From contig JAGWKO010000002.1 in assembly GCA_028873295.1 (NCBI GenBank), forward strand, positions 1,394 through 65,393: a stretch of DNA of 64,000 bases, in the 5' to 3' direction. Of this stretch, positions 52,150 through 61,510 are shown one piece after another (positions within the stretch are counted from its first letter, which is position 1; each line of letters starts with the position of its first letter). Made by a program: the position numbers and the translations under genes. Source of the DNA: Verrucomicrobiota bacterium (GTDB lineage: Bacteria; Chlamydiota; Chlamydiia; Chlamydiales; SM23-39). The notes under the pieces are model-generated. The model saw nothing but the letters and a program-made list of their open reading frames with translations. It did not search any database and was not told the DNA's origin.

Positions 52150-52304
52150 CAAAATGAGTCAAGAATTGGCATTTGGAGCGCGTGAAAGCTGTCGAAAATC
52201 GATCGGCGGCGGCGGGGTAGTATGGAGACATACCATCCCGCCGCCGCCGATCGATTTTCGACAGCTTTCACGCAGTTCCAAATGCCAATTCTTGACTCAT
52301 TTTG
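52150..52304. repeat. 155-nt near-perfect hairpin element, E3
   Basis: The left arm CAAAATGAGTCAAGAATTGGCATTTGGA...GTGAAAGCTGTCGAAAATCGATCGGCGGCGGCGGG is mirrored by the right arm. There are 28 + 35 perfectly paired bp around a small internal mismatch, and an apex of about 20 nt. Confidence 0.9.
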
Positions 52305-52353
52305 AGTATACTTTTTTTCCTGCCATCACTTACACTGGAACAGTTCTGGAGCC

Positions 52354-53514
52354 GTGACTGCGCGAAAAATGCACCTCTATCCCAGATATCCTTTCTATCC
52401 CAGAGGGATCCTCTCGATCGGCCTCACTTTAATTGCATTTGGTGTGATGGTTGCTCTTTTTTCTGACTGGTTGATCAGTCAATCTGCTCTGGTCATCGAT
52501 CCGATTAGGAGAATTAGCAAAGAGAGCGCGCAGGGGGAGCTTCATTTTTCACTTGGTGAACAGGAGAATTCTATTTCCCTTCCGCTTCCTCATCTTGAAT
52601 CGGAGTTTTCTTTTTTTCGCTCCCCTTCTCGTCCAAATCAAGAGGAGGATTCGCTATATATTGTATCTCTTCGGGGGGCTGAAGAGCAGCAGGAGATCTC
52701 TTTGCCCTGCAGATTAGGTCTGCGATATGAGAACTCACATCTCTTTTTTGCGCCTGAAAATTCTTCGTTCTGGATCGATCTCTCCATGTCTCGCAATCAT
52801 TGGATTACAGGCGTAGTACAAGCGGAGGGAAGCACAGAGACAGAGACATTTACCGCTTCCTTGCAGGATATTACGTCACAAACAGCGAGCGATTGGGAAG
52901 AGGGGGCCTGCTTTCGTTTTCTTGCAGATGCGATTTGGAAGGGAAAAAATCTCTTTGTTGAAAAGACCGAGAGGGTAGATCGTCACTTTCTTCTGATTCA
53001 ACAACAGATGATAGAGGTAGAGCAGGGAGAATGGCTTTTCTGGAATGGGGAATATTGGGACAAAGGGGAAGCTGGAGAAAAGGCGGTGCGTGTTGTCTTT
53101 GTAGGAACGCATCAGATGATCCTGGAGGGCTGGGATGACAAACGCCCTGTGCGTCTGATGATTCCTCTTCAGAGTTCGAGTGCGGCTTCTTTGCGCCCTG
53201 AAGAGATTATAACAGCTCTTAGATTGCGATCGGAAAGGCAGATCAGTTGCATGCTTGATAAACAGTGCTTTGTCATGCGCTGCGGAGATTGGGCTCTTAA
53301 AAAGGATGGGAAGTGGAGAATTTTGCGTCGCGAAGAGGAGCAGGAAAGTGTGCGCAAAGGTTCTCTTTCAGGGGAACTCTTTGTCTTTGAGGAGATTGAG
53401 ACAAAGCAGGCGCAAAAGTGGATTCGTGGAACCCTTTTCACTAAGGAGAAAACGGAATCTGTTGCTGTACACTTGCCAGCCACTTCCGGACCTTTACGCA
53501 GAGGGAAGCCATGA
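52354..53514 (+). CDS. Bitopic membrane protein upstream of gspD (GspC-like position and architecture)
   Basis: N-terminal TM 'ILSIGLTLIAFGVMVALF' plus a soluble domain of about 340 aa. Its stop overlaps the gspD start (ATGA). The start is GTG at 52354 or ATG at 52369. No motif was recognised. Confidence 0.45.
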   Translation: MTARKMHLYPRYPFYPRGILSIGLTLIAFGVMVALFSDWLISQSALVIDPIRRISKESAQGELHFSLGEQENSISLPLPHLESEFSFFRSPSRPNQEEDSLYIVSLRGAEEQQEISLPCRLGLRYENSHLFFAPENSSFWIDLSMSRNHWITGVVQAEGSTETETFTASLQDITSQTASDWEEGACFRFLADAIWKGKNLFVEKTERVDRHFLLIQQQMIEVEQGEWLFWNGEYWDKGEAGEKAVRVVFVGTHQMILEGWDDKRPVRLMIPLQSSSAASLRPEEIITALRLRSERQISCMLDKQCFVMRCGDWALKKDGKWRILRREEEQESVRKGSLSGELFVFEEIETKQAQKWIRGTLFTKEKTESVAVHLPATSGPLRRGKP

Positions 53515-55826
53515 GGTATTTCCCTCTTTTTTTACTCATCATTTCCCTTTGTGGAAGCCATGAACTCTCGTTCCCTCTGGGAGCGGGACTGGAAGGGGCT
53601 CAGAGTTTTAATGCTTCCATGGTAGAGCTGCGTTCCCAGCTCAAAGCTGTCTTTGACAGAGCAGCGGCTATTGCGGAGCGCGAAGGAGAAGAGAAGGAAT
53701 ACCAGGAACTTCTGAAAGAAATGCAATCCCTTCGCGCAAAAATCACTCAGATGGAAGAGGGGTGGCACAAAGCTGCTGTAGGGGATTCTTCAGCAGGTGA
53801 TGAAGCCTACGCTCTTTGGGATGTGGGGGAGACAACAGTAAGCCAATTGATCATGGAGTATGGGGCAACGGATCATCTCTATATTATTCCTCAGGAACTC
53901 AGTTCGATGAAGATAAGTCTCTTTTCCTCTATCCCCCTCCCTCGGGAATGCTGGAGTGAAATGCTCGAGATGGTTCTTGCGCAAAATGGCGTAGGCGTCA
54001 AAATGCTAAACCCATTTGTTAGACAGCTCTACATTTTTAAACTCGATCCATCTGCCATTCAGGCTATTGTGAGTAAAGAGAAGGATCTTTCTCTTTTTTC
54101 AAATTATGCGCGATTGATCTTTGTTTTTTCTCCTCCTGCGGAACAGCTGAAATCGGTGCAGTCTTTTCTGGAGCGTTTTTCCGATCCCAAGCAGACGACG
54201 GTGCAAGCGATGGGGACAAAAATTCTCCTCTCTTCCACTCGTGAATCGATTGAAAAATTGCTGGGTCTCTACCACGTAGTATGGGAGCAGGGAAAGGGGC
54301 GCGTTGCACGGCTTTTCAGCTCCCCCAAGATTAGCGTTGAAGAGGCAGAGAAGGTGCTCAAGATGCTCTTTGGCGATGCTGGCTCAAGAGGACGGCCCCC
54401 CTATTTCCCCAGTGGAGCAGATGAACTGTCACTTTTACCTCTTCCGCAGGGACTTGTTCTTATTGGGGAGCCAGAGACTGTTGAAAGAGGGCAGCAAGTG
54501 CTCTCTGAGCTTGAATGTCAGATGGAGGACCCTGGAGAAAAGATTATCTACTGGTATTGCTGTAAACATGCAAATCCGGAAGATGTAGCAGAAGTTTTGA
54601 GTAAGGTCTATGACTCTCTTATGGGGAGCAATTTGGAGAAGAAACAGGAGCCCCCGCCGCCTCCTCCCTGTGCTCCGCCAAGTTGCACTCCGCAGGCCCC
54701 TGCTGAGCCGGGGCAATTGCCAGGGCCTATTTACCCCCCCTCATTTCAGCCCTTTAATCCTGTGCTGCCAGCCACGGCGCCTTTTGTTCAGGGCGCTGTC
54801 TTGGGTAAGGGGCCGAAAACTGATTTTGGCAATTTCATTGTCGATGCAAAGACAACTTCGATCCTGATGGTCGTGCGCCGTGAAGAATTGTCAAAAATTA
54901 AAACCATTCTTAAGAAGCTGGATGTTCCAAAACGCATGGTGCAATTGGATGTGCTTCTTGTGGAGAAGAAGTTGACAGATCGCAAGCAGGTAGGGATCAA
55001 TCTGCTGAAGCTCGGTACTAGCGCTTCAAATACGACGCAGAATGCTTTGAGTTTTGATAACGAAGAAAAGGCGCTACATAAGGGGATACTGAGTTTTCTT
55101 TTCAGTCGTACGGGAGGAGATCATGGACCTGCTCTCGATCTCACCTACAATTTTCTTATGGCGCAAGAGGATGTGCGCATTAATGCGAATCCCTCGATTC
55201 TAGCTATCAATCAGACCCCTGCCATTATCTCCATTGTAGAGGAGATTTCGATCGATAACGGCGCGATTCCCGTACAGCTGACAGCTGGCAGTGTTACTTT
55301 TGAGCGCTCTTATACTCGAGCGCAATATGGAACGACGATTAAATTGACCCCTACGATTCATATCTCTGATGACGATGAAGGGACTGCTTTTGTTTCCCTG
55401 GAAACAAATCTTGAATTTGATACGACTCACCTCACAGCAAATGAGCGCCCTCCGGTGAGCAGACGCCATATTGAAAATCAGGTATGTATCGCTGATGGCG
55501 AAACGGTAATCCTCGGGGGGCTTCGTAGAAAACTGGAGGAAGATGCAAGAGACAAGATTCCTTTTCTGGGAGATTTGCCAGGTGTAGGGAAGCTGTTTGG
55601 ATTAACAAAGACGCACGACATAAACACGGAGATGTTTGTCTTTATTACCCCACGCGTCATTCATAATCCTGTGGAGGATTTGCGCAAAATTCGCATGTCT
55701 GAATATGTACAGCGCGCTGGAGATATTCCAGAGTTTCTTGAAAAGATTGATGCGGCAAAGCACATTCAGCGCAAACGCCTTTTTGATAACAGCATTAAAA
55801 TGCTCTTTGATTTTTATGACCAATAA
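53511..55826 (+). CDS. gspD: Type II secretion secretin GspD
   Basis: The secretin C-domain reads 'VCIADGETVILGGLRRKLEEDARDKIPFLGDLPGVGKLFG...MFVFITPRVI'. It has a signal peptide and a Pro-rich linker, 'QEPPPPPPCAPPSCTPQAPAEP'. Confidence 0.9.
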   Translation: MRYFPLFLLIISLCGSHELSFPLGAGLEGAQSFNASMVELRSQLKAVFDRAAAIAEREGEEKEYQELLKEMQSLRAKITQMEEGWHKAAVGDSSAGDEAYALWDVGETTVSQLIMEYGATDHLYIIPQELSSMKISLFSSIPLPRECWSEMLEMVLAQNGVGVKMLNPFVRQLYIFKLDPSAIQAIVSKEKDLSLFSNYARLIFVFSPPAEQLKSVQSFLERFSDPKQTTVQAMGTKILLSSTRESIEKLLGLYHVVWEQGKGRVARLFSSPKISVEEAEKVLKMLFGDAGSRGRPPYFPSGADELSLLPLPQGLVLIGEPETVERGQQVLSELECQMEDPGEKIIYWYCCKHANPEDVAEVLSKVYDSLMGSNLEKKQEPPPPPPCAPPSCTPQAPAEPGQLPGPIYPPSFQPFNPVLPATAPFVQGAVLGKGPKTDFGNFIVDAKTTSILMVVRREELSKIKTILKKLDVPKRMVQLDVLLVEKKLTDRKQVGINLLKLGTSASNTTQNALSFDNEEKALHKGILSFLFSRTGGDHGPALDLTYNFLMAQEDVRINANPSILAINQTPAIISIVEEISIDNGAIPVQLTAGSVTFERSYTRAQYGTTIKLTPTIHISDDDEGTAFVSLETNLEFDTTHLTANERPPVSRRHIENQVCIADGETVILGGLRRKLEEDARDKIPFLGDLPGVGKLFGLTKTHDINTEMFVFITPRVIHNPVEDLRKIRMSEYVQRAGDIPEFLEKIDAAKHIQRKRLFDNSIKMLFDFYDQ

Positions 55827-57378
55827 AGCTGAAAAAGAGTTAGCAGAGCGTTTCGGGCTTCCGGTTTATGAGGAGCTCCACTCTTTTCCCCTGGTACAAG
55901 GGAAGATAGCCTTTATTCCCTATAGTTTTGCCAAGCAGAAGAAGGTTTTACCCCTTGAGGAAACAGAAGGGGGCCTTCTTGTGGCTGTGGCAGATCCTCT
56001 AGAAGTTGAAGCATTGGCAGAGCTCCGCCTTCTTGTGAAAAAAACGATCGTTCCCATTTATTCTCCCAGGGAAGTAATTGAAGAGGCCATTGAGCGCTGC
56101 TATCAGCAAAAAGAGGAGGAGACAAAGCGTTTTTTCTCGGATCTTGCTAAAGAAAAGAGCGACGTTTTAGGGAATGAGGGCGATGAGGAATATGATCTTT
56201 TGGAACAGGAAACCACAAGTCCTGTCATTCGCCTTGTAAACACGCTCTTTGTCGAAGCGATTCAGCAAGGAGCTTCTGATATTCATTTTGAACCGACAGA
56301 AGAAGGGCTTTCGATACGCTATCGCATTGATGGAGTTCTTCTTAAAAGGCATACGCCGCCACGCGACTATCAACAACAGGTGCTCACTCGTATTAAGGTA
56401 ATGGCAAAACTCGATATTTCTGAGACACGTTTGCCGCAAGATGGGCGTATCAAGCTCCGCCATGGAGGAAGGGAGATCGATTTTCGCGTGAGTACTCTTC
56501 CTATGATCTATGGAGAGCGTGTGGTGTTGAGAATCCTGGACAAGGGCAATATTGTTCTTGGCATCGATAGAATTGGCATGCCCTCGACCACGCTTGAAGC
56601 TTTTCGCAGGCTTATCCATATGCCGGAGGGTATTTTGCTTGTCACGGGGCCTACCGGCAGTGGGAAAACGACAACACTCTATAGTGCGCTCTCGGAAATC
56701 AATGCGACAGAGATGAACGTGATGACAATCGAAGATCCTGTAGAATATAAGCTTTCCGGGATTTCGCAAATGAATGTCAATCGCAGAATTGAGCTCGATT
56801 TTTCAAAGGGATTGCGCCACATTCTTCGCCAGGATCCGGATGTGATCATGATCGGGGAAATCCGCGATCGGGAGACAGCAGAAATAGCCATTCAATCTTC
56901 TTTAACAGGGCATTTGGTTTTGAGTACATTGCATACCAATGATGCTCCCTCTGCTCTCACTCGTCTTGCCGATATGAGCATCGAGCCCTATCTGCTAGCC
57001 TCTTCTCTTCTCGGTGTTTTGGCTCAACGTCTCGTTCGCAAAATTTGTCCCAATTGCAAAGTTTCTTACACCCCACATCCTCGGGAGTGTGAAGATGTTG
57101 GAATGGAAAAGGAAGAACAGCTTCTTTGGAAGGGCGCTGGATGCTCGCTTTGTTTTGGTACGGGGTATCGCGGTCGTTGCGGAATCTATGAATTGATGCT
57201 TGTGGACCGGATGATCAAAACGCAAGTTTTAAAAAGCCAGGATGCCGAAGAGTTGCGGCGCATTGCTTTGCAACAAGGAATGCAGACACTGTTTCAGCAG
57301 GGGCGTGACTTGGTGATGACAGGAGTAACAACACAGGAAGAGCTGCTGCGTGTTACACGTGTTGGGGAGACAGATTAG
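55816..57378 (+). CDS. gspE: Type II secretion ATPase GspE
   Basis: 'SDIHFEP', 'RYRIDGVL', 'ILLVTGPTGSGKTTTLYS', 'MTIEDPVEY', 'LRQDPDVIMIGEIRD', 'GHLVLSTLHTND' and the tetra-Cys motif 'CPNC...CSLC'. The ATG at 55816 overlaps the end of gspD. Confidence 0.95.
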   Translation: MTNKAEKELAERFGLPVYEELHSFPLVQGKIAFIPYSFAKQKKVLPLEETEGGLLVAVADPLEVEALAELRLLVKKTIVPIYSPREVIEEAIERCYQQKEEETKRFFSDLAKEKSDVLGNEGDEEYDLLEQETTSPVIRLVNTLFVEAIQQGASDIHFEPTEEGLSIRYRIDGVLLKRHTPPRDYQQQVLTRIKVMAKLDISETRLPQDGRIKLRHGGREIDFRVSTLPMIYGERVVLRILDKGNIVLGIDRIGMPSTTLEAFRRLIHMPEGILLVTGPTGSGKTTTLYSALSEINATEMNVMTIEDPVEYKLSGISQMNVNRRIELDFSKGLRHILRQDPDVIMIGEIRDRETAEIAIQSSLTGHLVLSTLHTNDAPSALTRLADMSIEPYLLASSLLGVLAQRLVRKICPNCKVSYTPHPRECEDVGMEKEEQLLWKGAGCSLCFGTGYRGRCGIYELMLVDRMIKTQVLKSQDAEELRRIALQQGMQTLFQQGRDLVMTGVTTQEELLRVTRVGETD

Positions 57379-57389
57379 GATCTATAAAC

Positions 57390-59345
57390 CTATCCCATCC
57401 CCAGCTTTTGATGTTGACGTAAGAGATCGCGAAACCTGGCAGCATCCTCGAAACGAAATTCTTTTGCGGCTCGTTTCATTTCGCGAGTGTATTCGGCAAT
57501 TTTGTTTTCAAGATTTTCTGTAGTTGTGGCGATGCCTTCCTGTTTTTCAGCGCCAAAGACCTCTTCCAGAGCAGCAAGATCTCCACGCGTAGTAGAGCGC
57601 GGCACAATGCCATGAGCCAGGTTATAGGCTTCCTGCTCTTTTCTTCGCTTTGCGGTGAGACTTACAACGCCTTGAATCGCTTTTGTTTCTTTATCTGCGT
57701 AAAGAATAGCCCTGCCTCGAACATTGCGCGCAGCTCGACCGCACGTTTGGATCAATGCTGTTTCTGAGCGCAGAAAGCCTTCTTTGTCTGCATCGAGAAT
57801 CACGACAAGTGCAACCTCAGGTAAATCAAGTCCCTCACGCAACAGATTAATTCCTACCAGAACATCGAATTCACCAAGTCGCAGTGCTTTGAGAATTTGC
57901 ACTCTTTCAAGAGTGTCCACTTCAGAATGCAGATATTTTGCCTTTACTCCGATCTCCTGGAGATATTTGGCTAAATCTTCTGAGAGCTTTTTAGTAAGTG
58001 TTGTTACTAAGACCCGGCTTCCGCGCTCGACTTCTTTGCGAATCTCCTCAAGACAGTCATCAACCTGATTTGTCGCGGAACGCACAGTAATTTCAGGGTC
58101 GAGGAGGCCTGTAGGGCGAAGGATCTGTTCGACAATCTCTCCGCCTGCTTCGGTAATTTCCCACGGGCCAGGAGTGGCAGAGATATAAACTACTTGATGC
58201 CATTTGCGATACGTCTCTTCGAATTTGAGAGGGCGATTGTCAAAGGCGGAGGGGAGGCGAAACCCAAAGTTGACAAGAGCCTCCTTACGCGCACGGTCAC
58301 CATTATACATGGCGTGGAGCTGAGGGAGCGTTTGGTGAGACTCATCGATGAAAAGAAGGAAGTTTTCAGGGAAATAGTCGAGAAGACAAGGGGGCGGATC
58401 TCCGGGCTTGCGTTTCGAAAAGTGGCGCGAATAGTTCTCGATTCCTTTGCAAAAACCGATTTCCCGGATCATTTCAAGATCGTAGCGTGTGCGTTCCCTA
58501 ATTCGTTGCGCCTCTACAAGGCGGCCCTCTTGCTCAAAAAAGGCCACTCGCTCCTGCAATTCCGCAGTGATGCTTTGGATCGCGTCATAGCGAACATTTT
58601 CAGGAGTCACATGGTGTGATCCAGGAAAGAGGGTAAATTCGTTCAGACGATCAGCTACTTTCCCCGTTAAAGGATCAATACGCGAAATGCGTTCAATGGT
58701 GTCGCCAAAGAACTCAATGCGATAAGCAATGTCCTCTTCATAGGCAGGTGTGATTTCTAAAAGATCTCCGCGTACCCGGAAGCTCGCTCGAGCAAGATCT
58801 TCACCGCGTGTATAGTGTAATTCGACAAGGTGGAGGAGAAGATCGTCGCGTCGGATCTCTTGCCCAAGGGAGAGGTGAATGGCCATCTGGCTGTAGTGCT
58901 CGGGCATGCCAAGGCCATAAATGCAGGAGACAGAGGCGACGATGATTACATCAGGGCGCTCGATCAGAGAACGGGTTGCGCTGAGGCGCAGGCGATCAAT
59001 GCGATCGTTGATGGCCATGTCTTTTTCAATGTAGGTGTCAGTGCGGGCAATATATGCCTCTGGTTGATAGTAATCGTAATAGGAGACAAAATATTCGACG
59101 GCATTGTCTGGGAAAAAGCGTTTGAACTCTTCATAGAGCTGTGCTGCAAGGGTTTTATTGTGTGCAAGGACAAGAGTTGGGAGCTGGGCGCGTTGAATCA
59201 GATGCGCCATTGTAAAAGTTTTGCCAGAACCAGTGACGCCAAGAAGAACTTGGGAGCGCTTGCTCTGCTCGATCCCGCAATGGAGGCGTTCAATGGCTTG
59301 AGGTTGATCCCCTGTTGGTTGAAAATCTGCCTGTAAACGAAACAT
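57390..59345 (-). CDS. uvrB: Excinuclease ABC subunit B
   Basis: 'FQPTGDQPQAIERL', 'LLGVTGSGKTFT', 'YYDYYQPEAY', 'LFIDESHQT' and C-terminal 'FEDAARFRD'. The ATG at 59345 was chosen over the TTG at 59354. Confidence 0.97.
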   Translation of the reverse strand: MFRLQADFQPTGDQPQAIERLHCGIEQSKRSQVLLGVTGSGKTFTMAHLIQRAQLPTLVLAHNKTLAAQLYEEFKRFFPDNAVEYFVSYYDYYQPEAYIARTDTYIEKDMAINDRIDRLRLSATRSLIERPDVIIVASVSCIYGLGMPEHYSQMAIHLSLGQEIRRDDLLLHLVELHYTRGEDLARASFRVRGDLLEITPAYEEDIAYRIEFFGDTIERISRIDPLTGKVADRLNEFTLFPGSHHVTPENVRYDAIQSITAELQERVAFFEQEGRLVEAQRIRERTRYDLEMIREIGFCKGIENYSRHFSKRKPGDPPPCLLDYFPENFLLFIDESHQTLPQLHAMYNGDRARKEALVNFGFRLPSAFDNRPLKFEETYRKWHQVVYISATPGPWEITEAGGEIVEQILRPTGLLDPEITVRSATNQVDDCLEEIRKEVERGSRVLVTTLTKKLSEDLAKYLQEIGVKAKYLHSEVDTLERVQILKALRLGEFDVLVGINLLREGLDLPEVALVVILDADKEGFLRSETALIQTCGRAARNVRGRAILYADKETKAIQGVVSLTAKRRKEQEAYNLAHGIVPRSTTRGDLAALEEVFGAEKQEGIATTTENLENKIAEYTREMKRAAKEFRFEDAARFRDLLRQHQKLGMG

Positions 59346-59435
59346 AATATCCAAAATACCTGAATTTAAAGCATATCATTAAAAAACTCAAGATGTTGAG
59401 ATTTTTCTGGATAACCTGATAAAATTGAGAAACTC

Positions 59436-60611
59436 ATGCCGATTTTTCGCTATTGGGCTCTTTCAGATGCTGGAGAACAGATCAAGGCAACAATTGAGGC
59501 CGAAGATTTACAGGAAGCAAAGAGGAAATTATTAAGACTTAGGGTGATAGCAACTAAAATTGAGGCTGTCCAAAAAAAGGAAAAGGCTTTTGCAAGAGAA
59601 GAGCTCCTCTCTCTTACTCGTGAAATAGGGCGACTTTTACAGGCGGGCCTTCCGCTTTATGAAACATTGATTGCCTTGGGGGAAAAGTATCGCGGCCATA
59701 AGGCAGAAGAGCTTCTTTTAAGTCTTGGTGCGAAGATTAAGATAGGGCACTCTCTTTCTCATGCGCTCTCTTGTCACCCAAGAGCTTTTGATGTTCTTTA
59801 TATTTCGATGGTGGCCAATGCGGAAAAAACGGGAAGGCTGATCCCTTGTTTTGAAGAACTGGCACAGCTTCTTTCTCGGCAGATGCAGGTGCGCAAACAA
59901 ATCGTAGGCGCTCTGCTCTACCCCTCTCTTCTTGCTGTTTTTTGCCTTGTTGTTTTCTCTTCTCTCCTCTTCTTTGTTGTTCCTGCTCTTAAAGAGCTCT
60001 TTGATGATAGAGAACTTCATCCCTTCACGCAGATCGTCTTTTTTGTAAGTGACTGGGCGTGTAATAGTAAGGTTTTTTTGCTTTCTTTTGTTTTGTCTCT
60101 TTTTTCTCTGTTTCTCGGAGCCTGTTTTTTCAAACCTTTGCGAGAAAAGGTTTTTTCTCTGTTGCTTTTTCTCCCCTGGATACGCTCCCTATGGACCAGA
60201 ATTTCTTTAATTCGCTTTATGCGCGCTATGGCGGCTCTTCTTGAAGGAGGGATCCCGCTTGTCGGAGCATTGGCTCAAGCGCGCACCCTGCTTCGCCATC
60301 CGACGCTAGCTGCTCTCATTGCAGAGGCAGAAGAGCGAGTTGCAGAGGGCGTTCTTCTCTCCACCTGTTTTACGCATCCCATTATCCCGCCCCTTGTCCC
60401 CAGAATGTTCGCCATTGCGGAAGAAAGTGGAAAGCTTTCTTTTAGCATGCATCAGGTTGCGCAAATCTATGAAGAGGAGTTGGAGATGACGCTTGCAAAT
60501 TTTACGCAACTTGCGCAACCTATTCTTCTCCTCTTTTTGGGAGGTCTCGTGGGATTTGTCCTGCTCTCCGTGCTTCTCCCGCTGACAGATGTGAGTTCTT
60601 TTGCAATGTGA
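59436..60611 (+). CDS. gspF: Type II secretion inner-membrane platform protein GspF
   Basis: 'MPIFRYWALSDAGEQIKATIEAEDLQEAKRKL' plus a duplicated GspF-type domain with three TM segments. Confidence 0.9.
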   Translation: MPIFRYWALSDAGEQIKATIEAEDLQEAKRKLLRLRVIATKIEAVQKKEKAFAREELLSLTREIGRLLQAGLPLYETLIALGEKYRGHKAEELLLSLGAKIKIGHSLSHALSCHPRAFDVLYISMVANAEKTGRLIPCFEELAQLLSRQMQVRKQIVGALLYPSLLAVFCLVVFSSLLFFVVPALKELFDDRELHPFTQIVFFVSDWACNSKVFLLSFVLSLFSLFLGACFFKPLREKVFSLLLFLPWIRSLWTRISLIRFMRAMAALLEGGIPLVGALAQARTLLRHPTLAALIAEAEERVAEGVLLSTCFTHPIIPPLVPRMFAIAEESGKLSFSMHQVAQIYEEELEMTLANFTQLAQPILLLFLGGLVGFVLLSVLLPLTDVSSFAM

Positions 60612-60620
60612 GGATTGGTA

Positions 60621-61010
60621 ATGCGAAAAAAAAGAAGCCTGACTCTTTTGGAAATTATGATTGTTATCTTTCTGATCACTCTAATTACTGGGGCGATTGG
60701 ATATAATATGAAGGGATCGCTCGATCGAGGGCGCGTTTTTCGAACAAAGCAGGCGATGGCGCAGCTCGAAGATCTGCTTCTGATGTGTGTAGAAGAGGGC
60801 AGTAAACCTAAAGATATAGAACGCTTCCCCAAAGAGCATTTAGATCAATACAACCTTGCAAAAGATAGTGAAAAGTTATTGCAAGATGGATGGGGAGAAA
60901 GATTCATTATTCATTACAGAAAGGGAAAGTTTGAAATTGAGTCAAAAGCGCTTGAGAACTATGAGAGTCGCAAGTCCAAGAGCTCTCACGCTTCTGGAGC
61001 TTCTGATTAG
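60621..61010 (+). CDS. GspG-like major pseudopilin (atypical leader)
   Basis: 'MRKKRSLTLLEIMIVIFLITLITGAIG'. GAGGA lies 6 nt upstream of the ATG at 60621. Confidence 0.65.
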   Translation: MRKKRSLTLLEIMIVIFLITLITGAIGYNMKGSLDRGRVFRTKQAMAQLEDLLLMCVEEGSKPKDIERFPKEHLDQYNLAKDSEKLLQDGWGERFIIHYRKGKFEIESKALENYESRKSKSSHASGASD

Positions 61011-61443
61011 TTTGGCAGTGGTTGCTTTCATATCCGGGGCGCTTTTCCTCTCTTCACGTACTACACGAGAGAAGAAGCGCTTTTCTTCGGATATTGCACG
61101 TCTTTCTGCTCATATCAATATGCTGCAAAAGATTGCTATGAATACGCAAACGGATTGGAATGCTACTCTTTCCCAGAAAGATGAGAAGTGGCTTTTTTGC
61201 GCGGAATGTACCGATCAGAAGGCGAGGAAGATACCTGACCTTAATCTAGGCTCTTTTTCCCTCCTCATCGAAGGTCAGCGCACAGATAGGCTGCAGTTTT
61301 CTTTTTTTTCCAGCGGGGAGGTGTTCCCAGCCTCTTCGATTTCCTGTTGTTTGGATGACGCTTGTAGAAAAATAGAAGTTGCTATGCGAGAGGCTGGTGA
61401 GGACAGGAAAAAAGGACCCTTACATCCCAATTTTGCAAAATAG
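60961..61443 (+). CDS. Minor pseudopilin-like protein
   Basis: 'MRVASPRALTLLELLISLAVVAFISGAL'. It overlaps the preceding gene by 50 nt, so the start is uncertain. Confidence 0.5.
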   Translation: MRVASPRALTLLELLISLAVVAFISGALFLSSRTTREKKRFSSDIARLSAHINMLQKIAMNTQTDWNATLSQKDEKWLFCAECTDQKARKIPDLNLGSFSLLIEGQRTDRLQFSFFSSGEVFPASSISCCLDDACRKIEVAMREAGEDRKKGPLHPNFAK

Positions 61444-61510
61444 CCAGGTCCTGCTTGCTTTTTGCCCTTTTTCCTTGTAAAGTACGCCTTTTTATCAGAA
61501 AGAGGTAACG

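Noticed and set aside
52089-52357. Mirror-image ORFs 52089..52271 (-) and 52154..52357 (+).
   Set aside because: Both are produced by the symmetry of the 155-nt hairpin element. Their peptides are mutual reflections with a Gly/Pro run from the GGC/GCC apex.
54650-54780. Pro-rich CCNCC-type repetitive DNA in gspD, considered as a possible tandem repeat or contingency locus.
   Set aside because: It encodes an in-frame Pro-rich linker. There is no exact tandem unit or homopolymer tract long enough for slippage.
56167-56769. 200-aa minus-strand ORF inside gspE.
   Set aside because: It is antisense to the highly conserved GspE ATPase core.
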